Assembly (NCBI GenBank): GCA_934085565.1 | Contig: CAKOHG010000001.1 | Span: 64,706 to 128,705 of the forward strand | Source: an uncultured Bacilli bacterium | Lineage (GTDB): Bacteria; Bacillota_I; Bacilli_A; RF39; UBA660 | Direction of reading: 5' to 3' | Length of the DNA: 64,000 nt | Shown here: piece by piece, positions 1-9,556 of the stretch | How the letters are laid out: each line of letters begins with the position of its first letter | How positions within the stretch are numbered: the stretch's first letter is position 1 | The notes under the pieces: model-generated | What the model saw: the letters and a program-made list of their open reading frames with translations, nothing else | The model's database searches: none | What the model was told of the DNA's origin: nothing | Translations under genes and position numbers: made by a program

Positions 1-1
1 T

Positions 2-832
2 TTGGAAGTAAGTCGCCGTATTGGAGGATTAATCTTAAAAAATAAAGAAAACGTAAAAGTAGATGTTCATCATCCAGAACTTGTTTTTCATATTGAAATT
101 AGAAAAGATAAAGCCTACATTTATTATGAAACCCATAAGGCAGTGGGAGGATATCCAGTCGGCACTTTAGGAAAAGGTCTTTTAATGCTTTCAGGCGGAA
201 TTGATAGTCCTGTTGCCGGATATCTTGCTATGAAAAGAGGCGTTAAAATCGAAGCTATTTATTTTGAAAGCCCTCCTCATACGAGTGTCGAAGCCAAAGA
301 AAAAGTTTTATCTTTAGCCCATAAACTAAGTGAATATGCTTGTGACGAAATAAAGGTACATGTTATTCCTTTTACAGATATTCAAGAAGCTATTTATAAA
401 AATGTGCCACATGATTATTTAGTTACTATTATGCGCCGGATGATGTATCGGATATCCGCTAGAGTAGCTCATCAAAATCGTTGTAAAATTTTAATCAATG
501 GTGAAAGTATTGGCCAAGTAGCAAGTCAAACTTTAACAAGTATGAGTGTTATTAACGAAGTTGTTAAAATGCCCGTTATTCGTCCGGTTGCTTGTTTTGA
601 TAAATTAGAAATTATTGATATTTCTAAAAAAATAGGTACTTATGAAACAAGTATTTTACCTTATGAAGATTGTTGTACCATTTTTGTGCCAACTCATCCC
701 GTCATTAATCCTTTAAAAGAAAAATGCGAGGAATATGAAGCTTTGATTCCTTATGAAAAATTGATTGAAGAAGCAATTCAAAATAAAACTACTGTAAAAG
801 GTATCAAAAAAGAATTTGAAGATTTATTATAG
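2..832 (+). CDS. thiI: tRNA 4-thiouridine synthase ThiI, C-terminal portion (5' end lies outside window)
   Basis: ORF open to the window edge; PP-loop ATP-pyrophosphatase motif SGGIDSPVAGY; overall ThiI family similarity. Confidence 0.85.
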   Translation: MEVSRRIGGLILKNKENVKVDVHHPELVFHIEIRKDKAYIYYETHKAVGGYPVGTLGKGLLMLSGGIDSPVAGYLAMKRGVKIEAIYFESPPHTSVEAKEKVLSLAHKLSEYACDEIKVHVIPFTDIQEAIYKNVPHDYLVTIMRRMMYRISARVAHQNRCKILINGESIGQVASQTLTSMSVINEVVKMPVIRPVACFDKLEIIDISKKIGTYETSILPYEDCCTIFVPTHPVINPLKEKCEEYEALIPYEKLIEEAIQNKTTVKGIKKEFEDLL

Positions 833-867
833 TTTTTCACTAAATCTTCCATTAGAAAAAGATATTT

Positions 868-897
868 GTTATAATCACCATAGGAAGCTATGGTGAT
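868..897 (+). promoter_or_regulatory. -10-like TTATAAT followed by a perfect 10-bp inverted repeat ATCACCATAG-GAAG-CTATGGTGAT; the loop carries AGGAAG and the right arm carries the GGTGAT RBS-like sequence and the first ATG
   Basis: read directly: TATAAT at 870-875; IR arms 874-883 and 888-897 are exact reverse complements. Confidence 0.45.
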
Positions 898-3787
898 TTT
901 GATGTTTAATAAAAAAAATAAAAATGGCTTTACTTTAATAGAGTTAATAAGCGTTTTAGTAATAATGGTCGTTATTTTATTTATAGCGGTACCATCTTAT
1001 TTAGCTATTACTTATACTATAAAAGAAAGAATGTATGAGTCAAAAGTAGACGAGTTAAAAGCTAAAGGGGAATCTTATGGATTAGAAAGTGGAAATTATT
1101 TATTTTCAGTTGATACGTTGGTAGAACAAGGATTTTTACAAGCTGATAACGAAAATGGTGCTATTTTAGATCCTCGTGATAAAAGTAAAATGAATTGCGA
1201 TATCATTGAACTAATTCCTAACAAAGATTTAACTTTTAAAACAAATTATATTACTTCTTCAGAATGCTTTACAGATGAACAATTAAATAACCAGTATGGT
1301 TTTATTAACTTTATGGTAAAAAATGACAAGAACGAAGTCATTTTAGATCCTTCGTCTTGGCATCAATCTAGTAAAGATACTATTAGTTTTGAGTTTAAAG
1401 AACAATATAGTTCATTGCAAGATAAGCTTGTTAAAATATTATGGATAGGTGAAGAAGAAAAAGAATATAACCAAGACGAAATTGATAAAGGAAAAGAATA
1501 TATTGTTGAAACTTCTTCGATAAAGCAAATTGCTATTCGACTTTCTCTTACCTTTGATTTTGATGACAAAGAAATTACTTATTCTTATACTACAAATGTT
1601 AGTATGGATGATGAGTTGCCAGAGTTAGTCGAAGGAAGTATTCAATATTCTAATGATAATTATACTTCTGAAAACAGAAAAATTTTATTTTCTTTAACAG
1701 ATCACAATGGAAGTGGTATAAAAGAATACACCGTGGTAAATGATAAAAGTTGTAAGGATGCTGAATTTAAAGAAACAACAGATGGCATACAAACAGAATA
1801 TTTAACAAATGGAACATATTACATATGTGCTAGAGATAAAGTAGGAAATGAGCAAGGCTTCTTTGAAGATGAAAACAAAATAGTTATTGAGAAAGTAGAT
1901 TCTAATTCTTTTTGGATAAGTGTTGAAAATGAATATAATGACATTTGGACGAGTAATGATGTTAATTTGAAATTAACAACAAACAGTGATAACATTGATT
2001 ACTGTATGTATAAAAATGATAATGAGGAATATAATCGCTTAGAAAAAGAATTTGTAGATAAAACCATCAACATTTTATATAACACAGATATGAATAAAAA
2101 AATGACTTTTCAGTGTGTTAATAAATCTGGTATTAAAAGTAATGAAGTAAGTACGACCATAAAAATAGATAAAACAGCTCCAACTAAACCTTCTATAAGC
2201 CTTTCTAGAGGCAATAATAGTTTAGGCGTAACAGGAAGTTATTCTAGTGGAAGTTGGACAAATGAAAATGTTTTAACTACTGTCAAAGCAACAGATAATG
2301 GAGTAGGAATTTCTTATTATCAATATTCTCATGATAATAAAAATTGGTCAGCAGATATTGCAACGTTAGGATGGAACAGTTCCTATTATAATAATAAACA
2401 AGAATTACGTTATTGGATAACATGGAATGGTACTTGGAATTTCTATGTTAGAGCGGTAGATGCCTTAGGAAATATTAGTGCTTCTTCAAATATGTTTATT
2501 TTAAAAGTAGACAAAACAAAGCCAACGGCTGCAATTAACACTTGGTGTAATGGCTCTTCTATTACAGTCAGTGCCAATGGTTCTAGTGATAATTTAAGTG
2601 GAATTAATACTTATTACTATAGTTTAGATAATAAAAACTGGTATTCAAGTACTAAAAACTCTTACAGTTTTAACACGACAAGTGCGACTTTGTATGTACG
2701 TGTTAAAGATAATGCGGGCAATTATTCTAATACGGTATCTCAAACAAGAAGCTGTGAACCACGTCTTAATGATATGTCTATTTCATTTCCTTCAGATCGT
2801 CGTCTAGAATACATTATTCCTTTAGGAAATGGCAAGGTAATAGGGTTTTATGGCGAAGGCTCTGATAGTGAATACAATAAATCCTTTTTAGAAGCATGGG
2901 TTTTACAATATAGTAATGGTAAGTTAACCTTAGGACCAAAGCAAAATATTTCTGGAAGTGCTTCTTCTATGGTTGAAAAAGGTGGAGGCTTCTGTAACAT
3001 CGTTGGCGCTAGATTAACCGATTCTAAAGTGGTTGTCGGGGGCAATAGTACTTATAAGGAAACTAGTAGCCGGCTCTATTGTGGTAGTCCTACTTTAACG
3101 ACGGTTGAAGTTTCAGGGTATTCCGCCTGGGCTTCAGGACGTTCTTATGTTATGAAGCGTGGACCTAAAGGTTACTATGACGAGTTTAATGATTTTTATT
3201 GTCAAGGATATACATGTTATTATTTAAATACATGTAGTAATACTGGTAATTGTTATGATGTAATCCAAGTGCCATTAAATGGTAATGGTATAGGGACTGA
3301 TTATAGTTATAGTAAGTTAAAACGTGTAAATAGTTCTAAAAAAAGTCTTTATGTAGCCGGGGACGTAGAAAATCGTCATAATCTTCTTTTCTGGAGTGAA
3401 TACAGTAGCGCTTGGATGAATACTCCTTTCATTTCTTTCAATTCTGGAGAGTATATTTACTTATATACAGTTAATCATCAAGGCAGTTCTTCACAATGGT
3501 ATGAGGATACTTTAAAATCTTCTACTGGCGCTACGATTGATGCCAATGCAAGTGACTACAACAAAATAGCTCGTTTAACTGATAACAGTTTTGTTTATTA
3601 TAAAACGACGAGTAATCAACTTCTTGTGTATGAAAAGAGAAATAATATTTGGACCGTTATAAAAACCTTTAATAATATTAATTCGGTAGATTCTATAACA
3701 ACGATGGGAAATAATGCGGTATTAATATATGCTAACAATTGTCGATATGGTTCATGTACTCATACTTTTAAAGTACTCACTTATTAA
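890..3787 (+). CDS. large prepilin-type (class III signal peptide) surface protein, 965 aa; likely true start is ATG 902 (MFNKKNKNG|FTLIEL)
   Basis: N-terminus KNGFTLIELISVLVIMVVILFIA matches the type IV pilin / pseudopilin cleavage-methylation motif (G|FTLIE plus hydrophobic helix); central repeats each end in Y-x-V/C-x-A/V-x-D-x-x-GN (YYICARDKVGNEQ, FYVRAVDALGNIS, LYVRVKDNAGNYS), as in bacterial Ig-like domains; G/S/Y/N-rich C-terminal third. Confidence 0.75.
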   Translation: MVILMFNKKNKNGFTLIELISVLVIMVVILFIAVPSYLAITYTIKERMYESKVDELKAKGESYGLESGNYLFSVDTLVEQGFLQADNENGAILDPRDKSKMNCDIIELIPNKDLTFKTNYITSSECFTDEQLNNQYGFINFMVKNDKNEVILDPSSWHQSSKDTISFEFKEQYSSLQDKLVKILWIGEEEKEYNQDEIDKGKEYIVETSSIKQIAIRLSLTFDFDDKEITYSYTTNVSMDDELPELVEGSIQYSNDNYTSENRKILFSLTDHNGSGIKEYTVVNDKSCKDAEFKETTDGIQTEYLTNGTYYICARDKVGNEQGFFEDENKIVIEKVDSNSFWISVENEYNDIWTSNDVNLKLTTNSDNIDYCMYKNDNEEYNRLEKEFVDKTINILYNTDMNKKMTFQCVNKSGIKSNEVSTTIKIDKTAPTKPSISLSRGNNSLGVTGSYSSGSWTNENVLTTVKATDNGVGISYYQYSHDNKNWSADIATLGWNSSYYNNKQELRYWITWNGTWNFYVRAVDALGNISASSNMFILKVDKTKPTAAINTWCNGSSITVSANGSSDNLSGINTYYYSLDNKNWYSSTKNSYSFNTTSATLYVRVKDNAGNYSNTVSQTRSCEPRLNDMSISFPSDRRLEYIIPLGNGKVIGFYGEGSDSEYNKSFLEAWVLQYSNGKLTLGPKQNISGSASSMVEKGGGFCNIVGARLTDSKVVVGGNSTYKETSSRLYCGSPTLTTVEVSGYSAWASGRSYVMKRGPKGYYDEFNDFYCQGYTCYYLNTCSNTGNCYDVIQVPLNGNGIGTDYSYSKLKRVNSSKKSLYVAGDVENRHNLLFWSEYSSAWMNTPFISFNSGEYIYLYTVNHQGSSSQWYEDTLKSSTGATIDANASDYNKIARLTDNSFVYYKTTSNQLLVYEKRNNIWTVIKTFNNINSVDSITTMGNNAVLIYANNCRYGSCTHTFKVLTY

Positions 3788-3802
3788 TAAGTAAAGTTTA
3801 GT

Positions 3803-3831
3803 CAACAAAGTAAAATTTGTTGGCTTTTTTT
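3803..3831 (+). terminator. rho-independent terminator after pilin-like gene
   Basis: hairpin CAACAAA-gtaaaa-TTTGTTG followed by GCTTTTTTT. Confidence 0.6.
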
Positions 3832-3869
3832 ATGCTTTTTCTTTTATAATAAAAGAATAGGAGGCAGAT

Positions 3870-6494
3870 ATGAAAAAATACGTTTACTTATTTAATGAAG
3901 GTAATAAAGATATGACAATGCTTTTAGGTGGTAAAGGTGCTAACTTAGCTGAAATGACTTTGCTTGGTTTACCTGTGCCTAAAGGGCTTACGGTTACTAC
4001 GGAGGCTTGTAACCTTTATTATAATGAAAATAAAACTTTAAATGAAAATTTAAAGGAAGAAGTTCGTGAGGGTATTAAAAAAATAGAACAAGAAACAGCT
4101 AAAGTTTTAGGTTCCAAAGAAAATCCTCTTCTTTTAAGTGTCAGAAGTGGTTCAGTCGTTAGTATGCCAGGAATGATGGACACGATTTTAAATTTAGGTT
4201 TAAATGATGAGGTAGTAGAATCATTAGCTTTAAAAACAAATGATAGATTTGCTTATGATTCTTATCGTCGTCTTATTATGATGTATTTAGATGTTGTTAA
4301 AGGATGTGGCAGAAAAGAATGCGAAGAAGTTTTAGCGGAATTTAAGACGAAAAAAGGTTATCAATCTGATTTAGATTTAACCGGAGAAGACTTAAAAACA
4401 ATTGTTAAAATGTATAAACAAATTTACTTTTATAAAACGAAAGAAGAATTTCCAAGTGATGTTTATGAACAGCTATTTAATGCTATTAAAGCAGTCTTTA
4501 ATAGCTGGGAAAACGAACGGGCTATTTACTATCGTAAGTTAAATAACATTCCAGAAGAATATAAAACCGCTGTGAACATTCAAGAAATGGTTTATGGTAA
4601 CTGGGGAGATAATTCTCTTACGGGTGTTGCTTTTACAAGAAATCCGGCAACAGGAGAAAATGAAATTTATGGCGAATATTTAATGGACGCGCAAGGAGAA
4701 GATGTCGTCTCAGGTGTTAGAACTCCTCTAAAAATGGATACTTTAAAAAGGACCATGCCATTAATTTATGAAGAATTTAAAAAGTATGCCAAAATATTAG
4801 AAGCCCATTATCATAACATGCAAGATATGGAATTTACCGTTCAAGATAATAAACTTTATCTTTTACAAACAAGAGTAGGTAAAAGAACGGGCCGTGCTGC
4901 TGTAAAAATTGCTGTAGATATGGTCAAGGAAGGGTTAATGAGTAAAGAAGAAGCCATCCTTAGTGTGGAAGCTAAATCTCTAGATAGTTTTTTACATAAA
5001 ACCTTTGATGACGAAGCACTTTCTAAAACACACCCCATCGCTCACGGTTTAGCGGCAAGTCCTGGAGCGGCTTCTGGTCATCTTTATTTTAATGCCAAAG
5101 AAGCAATTCTTGCTCATCAAAACGGAGAAGAAGTTATTTTGGCAAGAAGTGAAACTTCGCCGGAAGATATCGAGGGTATGCACCATGCCAGTGGCGTTTT
5201 AACAATTCATGGTGGTATGACAAGTCATGCTGCGGTAGTTGCAAGAGGTATGGGTACTTGTTGTGTTGCCGGTTGTGAAGATATTTATATTGATGAAGAA
5301 AAGAAAATTTTAATAACCAAAGAAGGCATTACTTTAAAAGAAAAAGATGAATTAAGTTTAGATGGTACGACAGGACTTATTTATTCAGGTATTTTACCTA
5401 AAAAAGATCCTGAGTTAACCCATGAATTACAACTTTTCATGAGTTGGGCAGATGAAGTGAAATCTTTAAAAGTAAGAGTTAATGCAGATACGCCTCATGA
5501 TGCCTTAGAAGCTATGAAATTTGGTGCCGATGGTATTGGTTTATGCCGTACAGAACATATGTTTTTTGAACCATCCCGAATTAAAAGCTTTAGAAAAATG
5601 ATTTTAGCTCAAACGAAAGAAGAAAGACAAAAATATTTAAATGAAATCTTACCTTATCAAGAAGAAGATTTTTATGAACTCTTTAAAATATGTAATCATA
5701 AAGCAGTAGTGATTCGTTTACTAGATCCTCCTCTTCATGAATTTTTACCAAAGACAGATGAAGATAAAATATCTTTAGCAAGTGAACTTGGTATTTCCAT
5801 GGAAAATCTTTCTTTAAGAATAGCAGATTTAAAAGAATTTAACCCAATGATGGGTCATCGTGGTTGTAGACTTTTGATTACTTATCCTGAAATTACCGCT
5901 ATGCAAACAACGGCGATTATAAAATCTGCTCTTCGGTTAGAAAAAGAAAATGTAAAAGTGACTCCAGAAATAATGGTTCCTCTTGTGTCAGATGTAAAAG
6001 AATTTGCTTGTGTTAAAAATGTAATTTGTAAAACTGCTGATGATTTAATTAAAGAAGCTGGTAGTACTTTAAAATATGAAGTAGGTACGATGATTGAGCT
6101 ACCAAGAGCTTGCTTAATGGCTGGTGAAATTGCTAAAAAAGCTAACTTTTTCTCTTTTGGTACAAATGACTTAACACAAATGACTTTCGGTTTTTCTCGT
6201 GATGACGCGGGTAAATTCTTGAAGTACTATGAAGAAAATAATATTTTAAAATTAGACCCATTTCAAAAAATAGATGAAAATGGTGTCGGAGAGCTTATGA
6301 AATATGCCATTAAAGAAGGAAGAAAAGTAAAGAAAAATATGTCCATTGGCGTTTGTGGCGAACAAGGTGGAGATCCAGAAAGTATTTCTTTTTTCAACTC
6401 TATTAAAGCTTCTTATGTATCATGCTCTTTATATCGCGTTTTGATTAGTAGACTTTCTTGTGCCCAAGCGGCTCTTAAAGAAAAGAAAAAATAA
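3870..6494 (+). CDS. ppdK: pyruvate, phosphate dikinase
   Basis: 874 aa; PEP-utilising enzyme mobile domain GGMTSHAAVVARGMG; N-terminal ATP-grasp and C-terminal PEP/pyruvate-binding TIM-barrel regions; RBS AGGAGG 7 nt upstream. Confidence 0.93.
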   Translation: MKKYVYLFNEGNKDMTMLLGGKGANLAEMTLLGLPVPKGLTVTTEACNLYYNENKTLNENLKEEVREGIKKIEQETAKVLGSKENPLLLSVRSGSVVSMPGMMDTILNLGLNDEVVESLALKTNDRFAYDSYRRLIMMYLDVVKGCGRKECEEVLAEFKTKKGYQSDLDLTGEDLKTIVKMYKQIYFYKTKEEFPSDVYEQLFNAIKAVFNSWENERAIYYRKLNNIPEEYKTAVNIQEMVYGNWGDNSLTGVAFTRNPATGENEIYGEYLMDAQGEDVVSGVRTPLKMDTLKRTMPLIYEEFKKYAKILEAHYHNMQDMEFTVQDNKLYLLQTRVGKRTGRAAVKIAVDMVKEGLMSKEEAILSVEAKSLDSFLHKTFDDEALSKTHPIAHGLAASPGAASGHLYFNAKEAILAHQNGEEVILARSETSPEDIEGMHHASGVLTIHGGMTSHAAVVARGMGTCCVAGCEDIYIDEEKKILITKEGITLKEKDELSLDGTTGLIYSGILPKKDPELTHELQLFMSWADEVKSLKVRVNADTPHDALEAMKFGADGIGLCRTEHMFFEPSRIKSFRKMILAQTKEERQKYLNEILPYQEEDFYELFKICNHKAVVIRLLDPPLHEFLPKTDEDKISLASELGISMENLSLRIADLKEFNPMMGHRGCRLLITYPEITAMQTTAIIKSALRLEKENVKVTPEIMVPLVSDVKEFACVKNVICKTADDLIKEAGSTLKYEVGTMIELPRACLMAGEIAKKANFFSFGTNDLTQMTFGFSRDDAGKFLKYYEENNILKLDPFQKIDENGVGELMKYAIKEGRKVKKNMSIGVCGEQGGDPESISFFNSIKASYVSCSLYRVLISRLSCAQAALKEKKK

Positions 6495-6584
6495 TATTTA
6501 AGAAAATTTCATTTAGTTTATGAGGTTTTCTTTTTTCTTTCTTTTATAGTATAATGTTGATGGATAGAAAGATTAGGTGATATT

Positions 6585-7556
6585 ATGTTAGCCCTAAATA
6601 TAGGAAAAATTACATATGATATAACAATTCCAATGGATAAATATCCTGTGGAAAATAGTAAAATTATTTTAAAAGAAAAATTAGAAGCAAGTGGGGGTTC
6701 TTCTTCCAATGTAGCGGCACTTCTTGGCAAATGGAATGTAGATTCTTATTTTGCCGGAGTCGTTGGTTATGACGAACTTGGTAATAATGTCAAAAAAGAA
6801 TTAGAGTCTCACAATGTTCATACACAATTTATGGAAGTTAACTACGAAAAGAAAACAACCTCAACATTTATTTTAGCTAATAAAGAAACAACGAGTAGAA
6901 CACAACTAATGGTAGAACCTGAGGTATATCATTTGAAAAAAAGTGATTATGATGTGATTCCTGATGCAATTTACACAGATGGTTTTGAATATTCAGCTAC
7001 TTTGAGTGCCTTTAATAAATTTCCTCAAAGTATTTCTGTTTTGGGAGCTGGTTTAAATTACGCGGACGCAAAAGAAGTTATTGCTTTAGCTAAATATGCT
7101 AAATACGTTATCTTTTCTTTAGAATTTGCTTGTATGGTCACTAAAATGAAAGTGGACCCAGATAACGGAGAACATTTATTTAATTTATATAAAGAATTAA
7201 AAAATATTTTCCCTAATAGTAACAACATTGTCACATTACATAATAAAGGTGTTTTATATAGTATTGATGGCAACGTAAGAGTTATGCCAACTATAAATGT
7301 GACAGAAGTAGATAGAACAGGAGCAGGGGATATCTTTGATGGTGCTTTTATCTATGGATTACTTAAAAAATATGATTTAGAAAAATGTATTCGTCTTGCT
7401 AATATTGCTGCCGCTTTATCGACAACGAAATACGGAGCTAAAAACTCTATTCCATTATTATCTGATGTGATTCATGAATATGAAAGTAAGTTTGGACCTG
7501 TAGAACCTTCAATAAATGCTACCCCAGAAATGCCTCAGGCTAAGGAACAAGCATGA
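6585..7556 (+). CDS. PfkB-family carbohydrate kinase (ribokinase-like)
   Basis: 323 aa; C-terminal PfkB signature DRTGAGDIFDGAF; RBS AGGTGA. Confidence 0.75.
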   Translation: MLALNIGKITYDITIPMDKYPVENSKIILKEKLEASGGSSSNVAALLGKWNVDSYFAGVVGYDELGNNVKKELESHNVHTQFMEVNYEKKTTSTFILANKETTSRTQLMVEPEVYHLKKSDYDVIPDAIYTDGFEYSATLSAFNKFPQSISVLGAGLNYADAKEVIALAKYAKYVIFSLEFACMVTKMKVDPDNGEHLFNLYKELKNIFPNSNNIVTLHNKGVLYSIDGNVRVMPTINVTEVDRTGAGDIFDGAFIYGLLKKYDLEKCIRLANIAAALSTTKYGAKNSIPLLSDVIHEYESKFGPVEPSINATPEMPQAKEQA

Positions 7557-7801
7557 CGGTTCCAACTAAAGATTTGCATGGTGAACTAGCTGTTACGGCT
7601 TATACGGTCGTCCACGAATTTATATCTGATAACATTAAACTAGGTCATCCGGTGATTATCTTTATTCATGGTAAAGGCTCTGGTAAATTAAAAAAAGAAG
7701 TCCATGAAATATTGAAAAAAGATAAACGTGTTAAAGAATTTTATTTAGATCCTTGGAACATAGGACAAACAATCGTTCACTTAAATACGAAAAAAATTTG
7801 A
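7553..7801 (+). CDS. Smr-domain protein (small MutS-related)
   Basis: 82 aa; DLHG...IIFIHGKGSGKLKKEV pattern of Smr domains; ATGA start/stop overlap with the upstream kinase gene. Confidence 0.65.
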   Translation: MTVPTKDLHGELAVTAYTVVHEFISDNIKLGHPVIIFIHGKGSGKLKKEVHEILKKDKRVKEFYLDPWNIGQTIVHLNTKKI

Positions 7802-7888
7802 CAAGTATTGTCGATTGTGGTATGATATAGCCCCAATAGGAGAAAATAGAAATGCAAGAAGAAAATGCAAATTTGACGCAAATTTGAC
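7798..7888 (+). promoter_or_regulatory. sigma-A-type promoter (TTGACA-17-TATGAT) followed by tandem direct repeat GCAAATTTGAC x2 (7867-7888)
   Basis: hexamers and 17-nt spacer read directly; two exact 11-bp tandem copies in the 5' UTR of the 7946 ORF. Confidence 0.5.
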
Positions 7889-7945
7889 ATTTTAAAATTT
7901 TTGTGCTATACTTAAAGTACGAAAAGGGTTTATAGGGGGTAAAAA

Positions 7946-8368
7946 ATGAAAAATTATGTATTGGATTATGTGAACGAAAATGAGTTTCGTAAACTAGAAA
8001 GAGCTTTAAAACGTTATAATATGAGAGCTTTTAAAAAGTTAAGCTTTGAATATTATCCAGATTTAAAAGAGGGAAAATTTGACGGTGAAGTGATCAGTCA
8101 AAATAAAAAAGCTGGAACAATAACGTATGAACTTAAATTACCAAGTGATGCAATGTTTGCTCAAGTTCATGGCGAAGTTAAACTTATTTATACGGTTTAT
8201 ACTAAAGAAGAAACTGTTATGTTAAAAGAAATTACACCAAAAGATATTTTGCTTGAAGGTCATCGTTCAGAACTTGGAACTTATAAAGGTATCATGATTA
8301 GTAAGACAAATGCTTCTAAGGATATCTTTAAAATTGACTTACTTAATATGTTACAAGGAAAAGAGTAA
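7946..8368 (+). CDS. hypothetical protein (140 aa)
   Basis: ORF with strong RBS GGGGGT; no recognisable family. Confidence 0.6.
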   Translation: MKNYVLDYVNENEFRKLERALKRYNMRAFKKLSFEYYPDLKEGKFDGEVISQNKKAGTITYELKLPSDAMFAQVHGEVKLIYTVYTKEETVMLKEITPKDILLEGHRSELGTYKGIMISKTNASKDIFKIDLLNMLQGKE

Positions 8369-8381
8369 TTCTTTTCTTTTT

Positions 8382-8750
8382 TTACGGCAAAATTTCTAAT
8401 TCATTGGTACTAAGAATAGAAGTCATAATATAAATAATGGTAGCTAGGACAATTAGGGTAGCGGCTAGAAAGTTTGCATTATTGATTCTCATTTGTTTAA
8501 ATGATTGATGAGTGTTTCTTTTAATACGTTTATAATTTAACATCATAAAATAAAGATAAATAAAAAAGGCAATGACTAAAAGAGTAATATTAATTGTTTT
8601 ATATTCTTTTTCTTTAGAAAGATTATGAGTATAAAGATAATCTTTTTCTAGTTTATTGGATAATAAGGCAAAACAAGCAGAGAAGAGGGAAATAATCCAA
8701 ATAAAATCTTCAATTTCTAATTCCTTTAAATTCTCACTAATATCTTTCAT
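8382..8750 (-). CDS. hypothetical small membrane protein (122 aa, 3 predicted TM)
   Basis: hydrophobic segments; no recognisable family. Confidence 0.5.
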   Translation of the reverse strand: MKDISENLKELEIEDFIWIISLFSACFALLSNKLEKDYLYTHNLSKEKEYKTINITLLVIAFFIYLYFMMLNYKRIKRNTHQSFKQMRINNANFLAATLIVLATIIYIMTSILSTNELEILP

Positions 8751-8813
8751 TTCTAAATTTTATGATATTTAAATTTAAAGTATGTTATAATCAAGGAAGG
8801 AAAGGAGTATCCT

Positions 8814-9113
8814 GTGAAAAATAAATATCAAAGAATGACCAAGACAGAAAAAAAAGAATTAAAGCAAAAATTTTATGAAACAACTAAAGGAAAAGAAATG
8901 AAAAAAAGACTTTTTAGATTAAGGATAATTGGTTTAATAGGTATTTTGTTTTCTGTTTTTCTTGTGATTAGTGGTTATATTTCTAAAGAACTTAATTGGG
9001 CTACTTGGGCAATGAGTATTATCTTAATGCTTTGCTCATGCGTTTATTTTATTGGCTCTTTTACTATAAAAGGGAAAATGTTGAATGATTTTGCCATAAA
9101 AAACATAAAATAA
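8814..9113 (+). CDS. hypothetical small membrane protein (99 aa), GTG start
   Basis: AAAGGAG RBS 6 nt upstream of the GTG; two hydrophobic helices. Confidence 0.5.
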   Translation: MKNKYQRMTKTEKKELKQKFYETTKGKEMKKRLFRLRIIGLIGILFSVFLVISGYISKELNWATWAMSIILMLCSCVYFIGSFTIKGKMLNDFAIKNIK

Positions 9114-9186
9114 TAAAGAAATTGCAAATTTGTGATTGACTAGCTAAATTAAATATAGTAAAATTTACTAGTAATCACTTGGTTAT

Positions 9187-9277
9187 GGAGTAGTACTCAA
9201 GAGGCTGAAGAGGCGCCCCTGCTAAGGGTGTAGGTCGGGAAACTGGCGCGAGAGTTCAAATCTCTCCTGCTCCGCCA
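9187..9277 (+). tRNA. tRNA-Ser (anticodon GCT)
   Basis: cloverleaf with long variable arm; anticodon loop CUGCUAA; encoded CCA; own TTGACT-17-TAAAAT promoter upstream. Confidence 0.85.
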
Positions 9278-9380
9278 TTTTTATTGTTTTCAATAAAAGG
9301 CTGATTATTAATTAATTTATAAAAAAAAGACTTGCCAAAAGTTAATTTATAAGTTAAAATATAGTAGTCGTTTATGAAAT

Positions 9381-9457
<77 letters not shown>

Positions 9458-9467
9458 TTTTGTTTAT

Positions 9468-9544
9468 GGCCCGTTGGTGAAGTGGTTGAACACACATGCC
9501 TTTCACGCATGCATTCATGGGTTCAAATCCCGTACGGGTCACCA
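9468..9544 (+). tRNA. tRNA-Glu (anticodon TTC)
   Basis: acceptor GGCCCGT/ACGGGTC, anticodon stem CATGC/GCATG, loop CUUUCAC; encoded CCA. Confidence 0.8.
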
Positions 9545-9556
9545 AATTTGTTATTG

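Noticed and set aside
1363-1569. Short antisense ORFs nested inside long genes (1363-1569, 2848-3045, 4856-5038, 6518-6730, 7058-7273, 13569-13913, 17912-18211, 19085-19633, 21323-21541, 23848-24039, 25114-25640, 26840-27067, 28603-28830, 32545-32766, 37109-37429, 42260-42484, 43134-43361, 44632-44847, 45274-45850, 47209-47394, 48010-48339, 50972-51202, 53983-54724, 58752-58994, 61199-61405, 63262-63501)
   Set aside because: Each is fully overlapped by a much longer ORF with clear homology on the other strand or frame. They have AT-rich low-complexity translations and no RBS. The 63262-63501 ORF is the antisense of the tRNA cluster.
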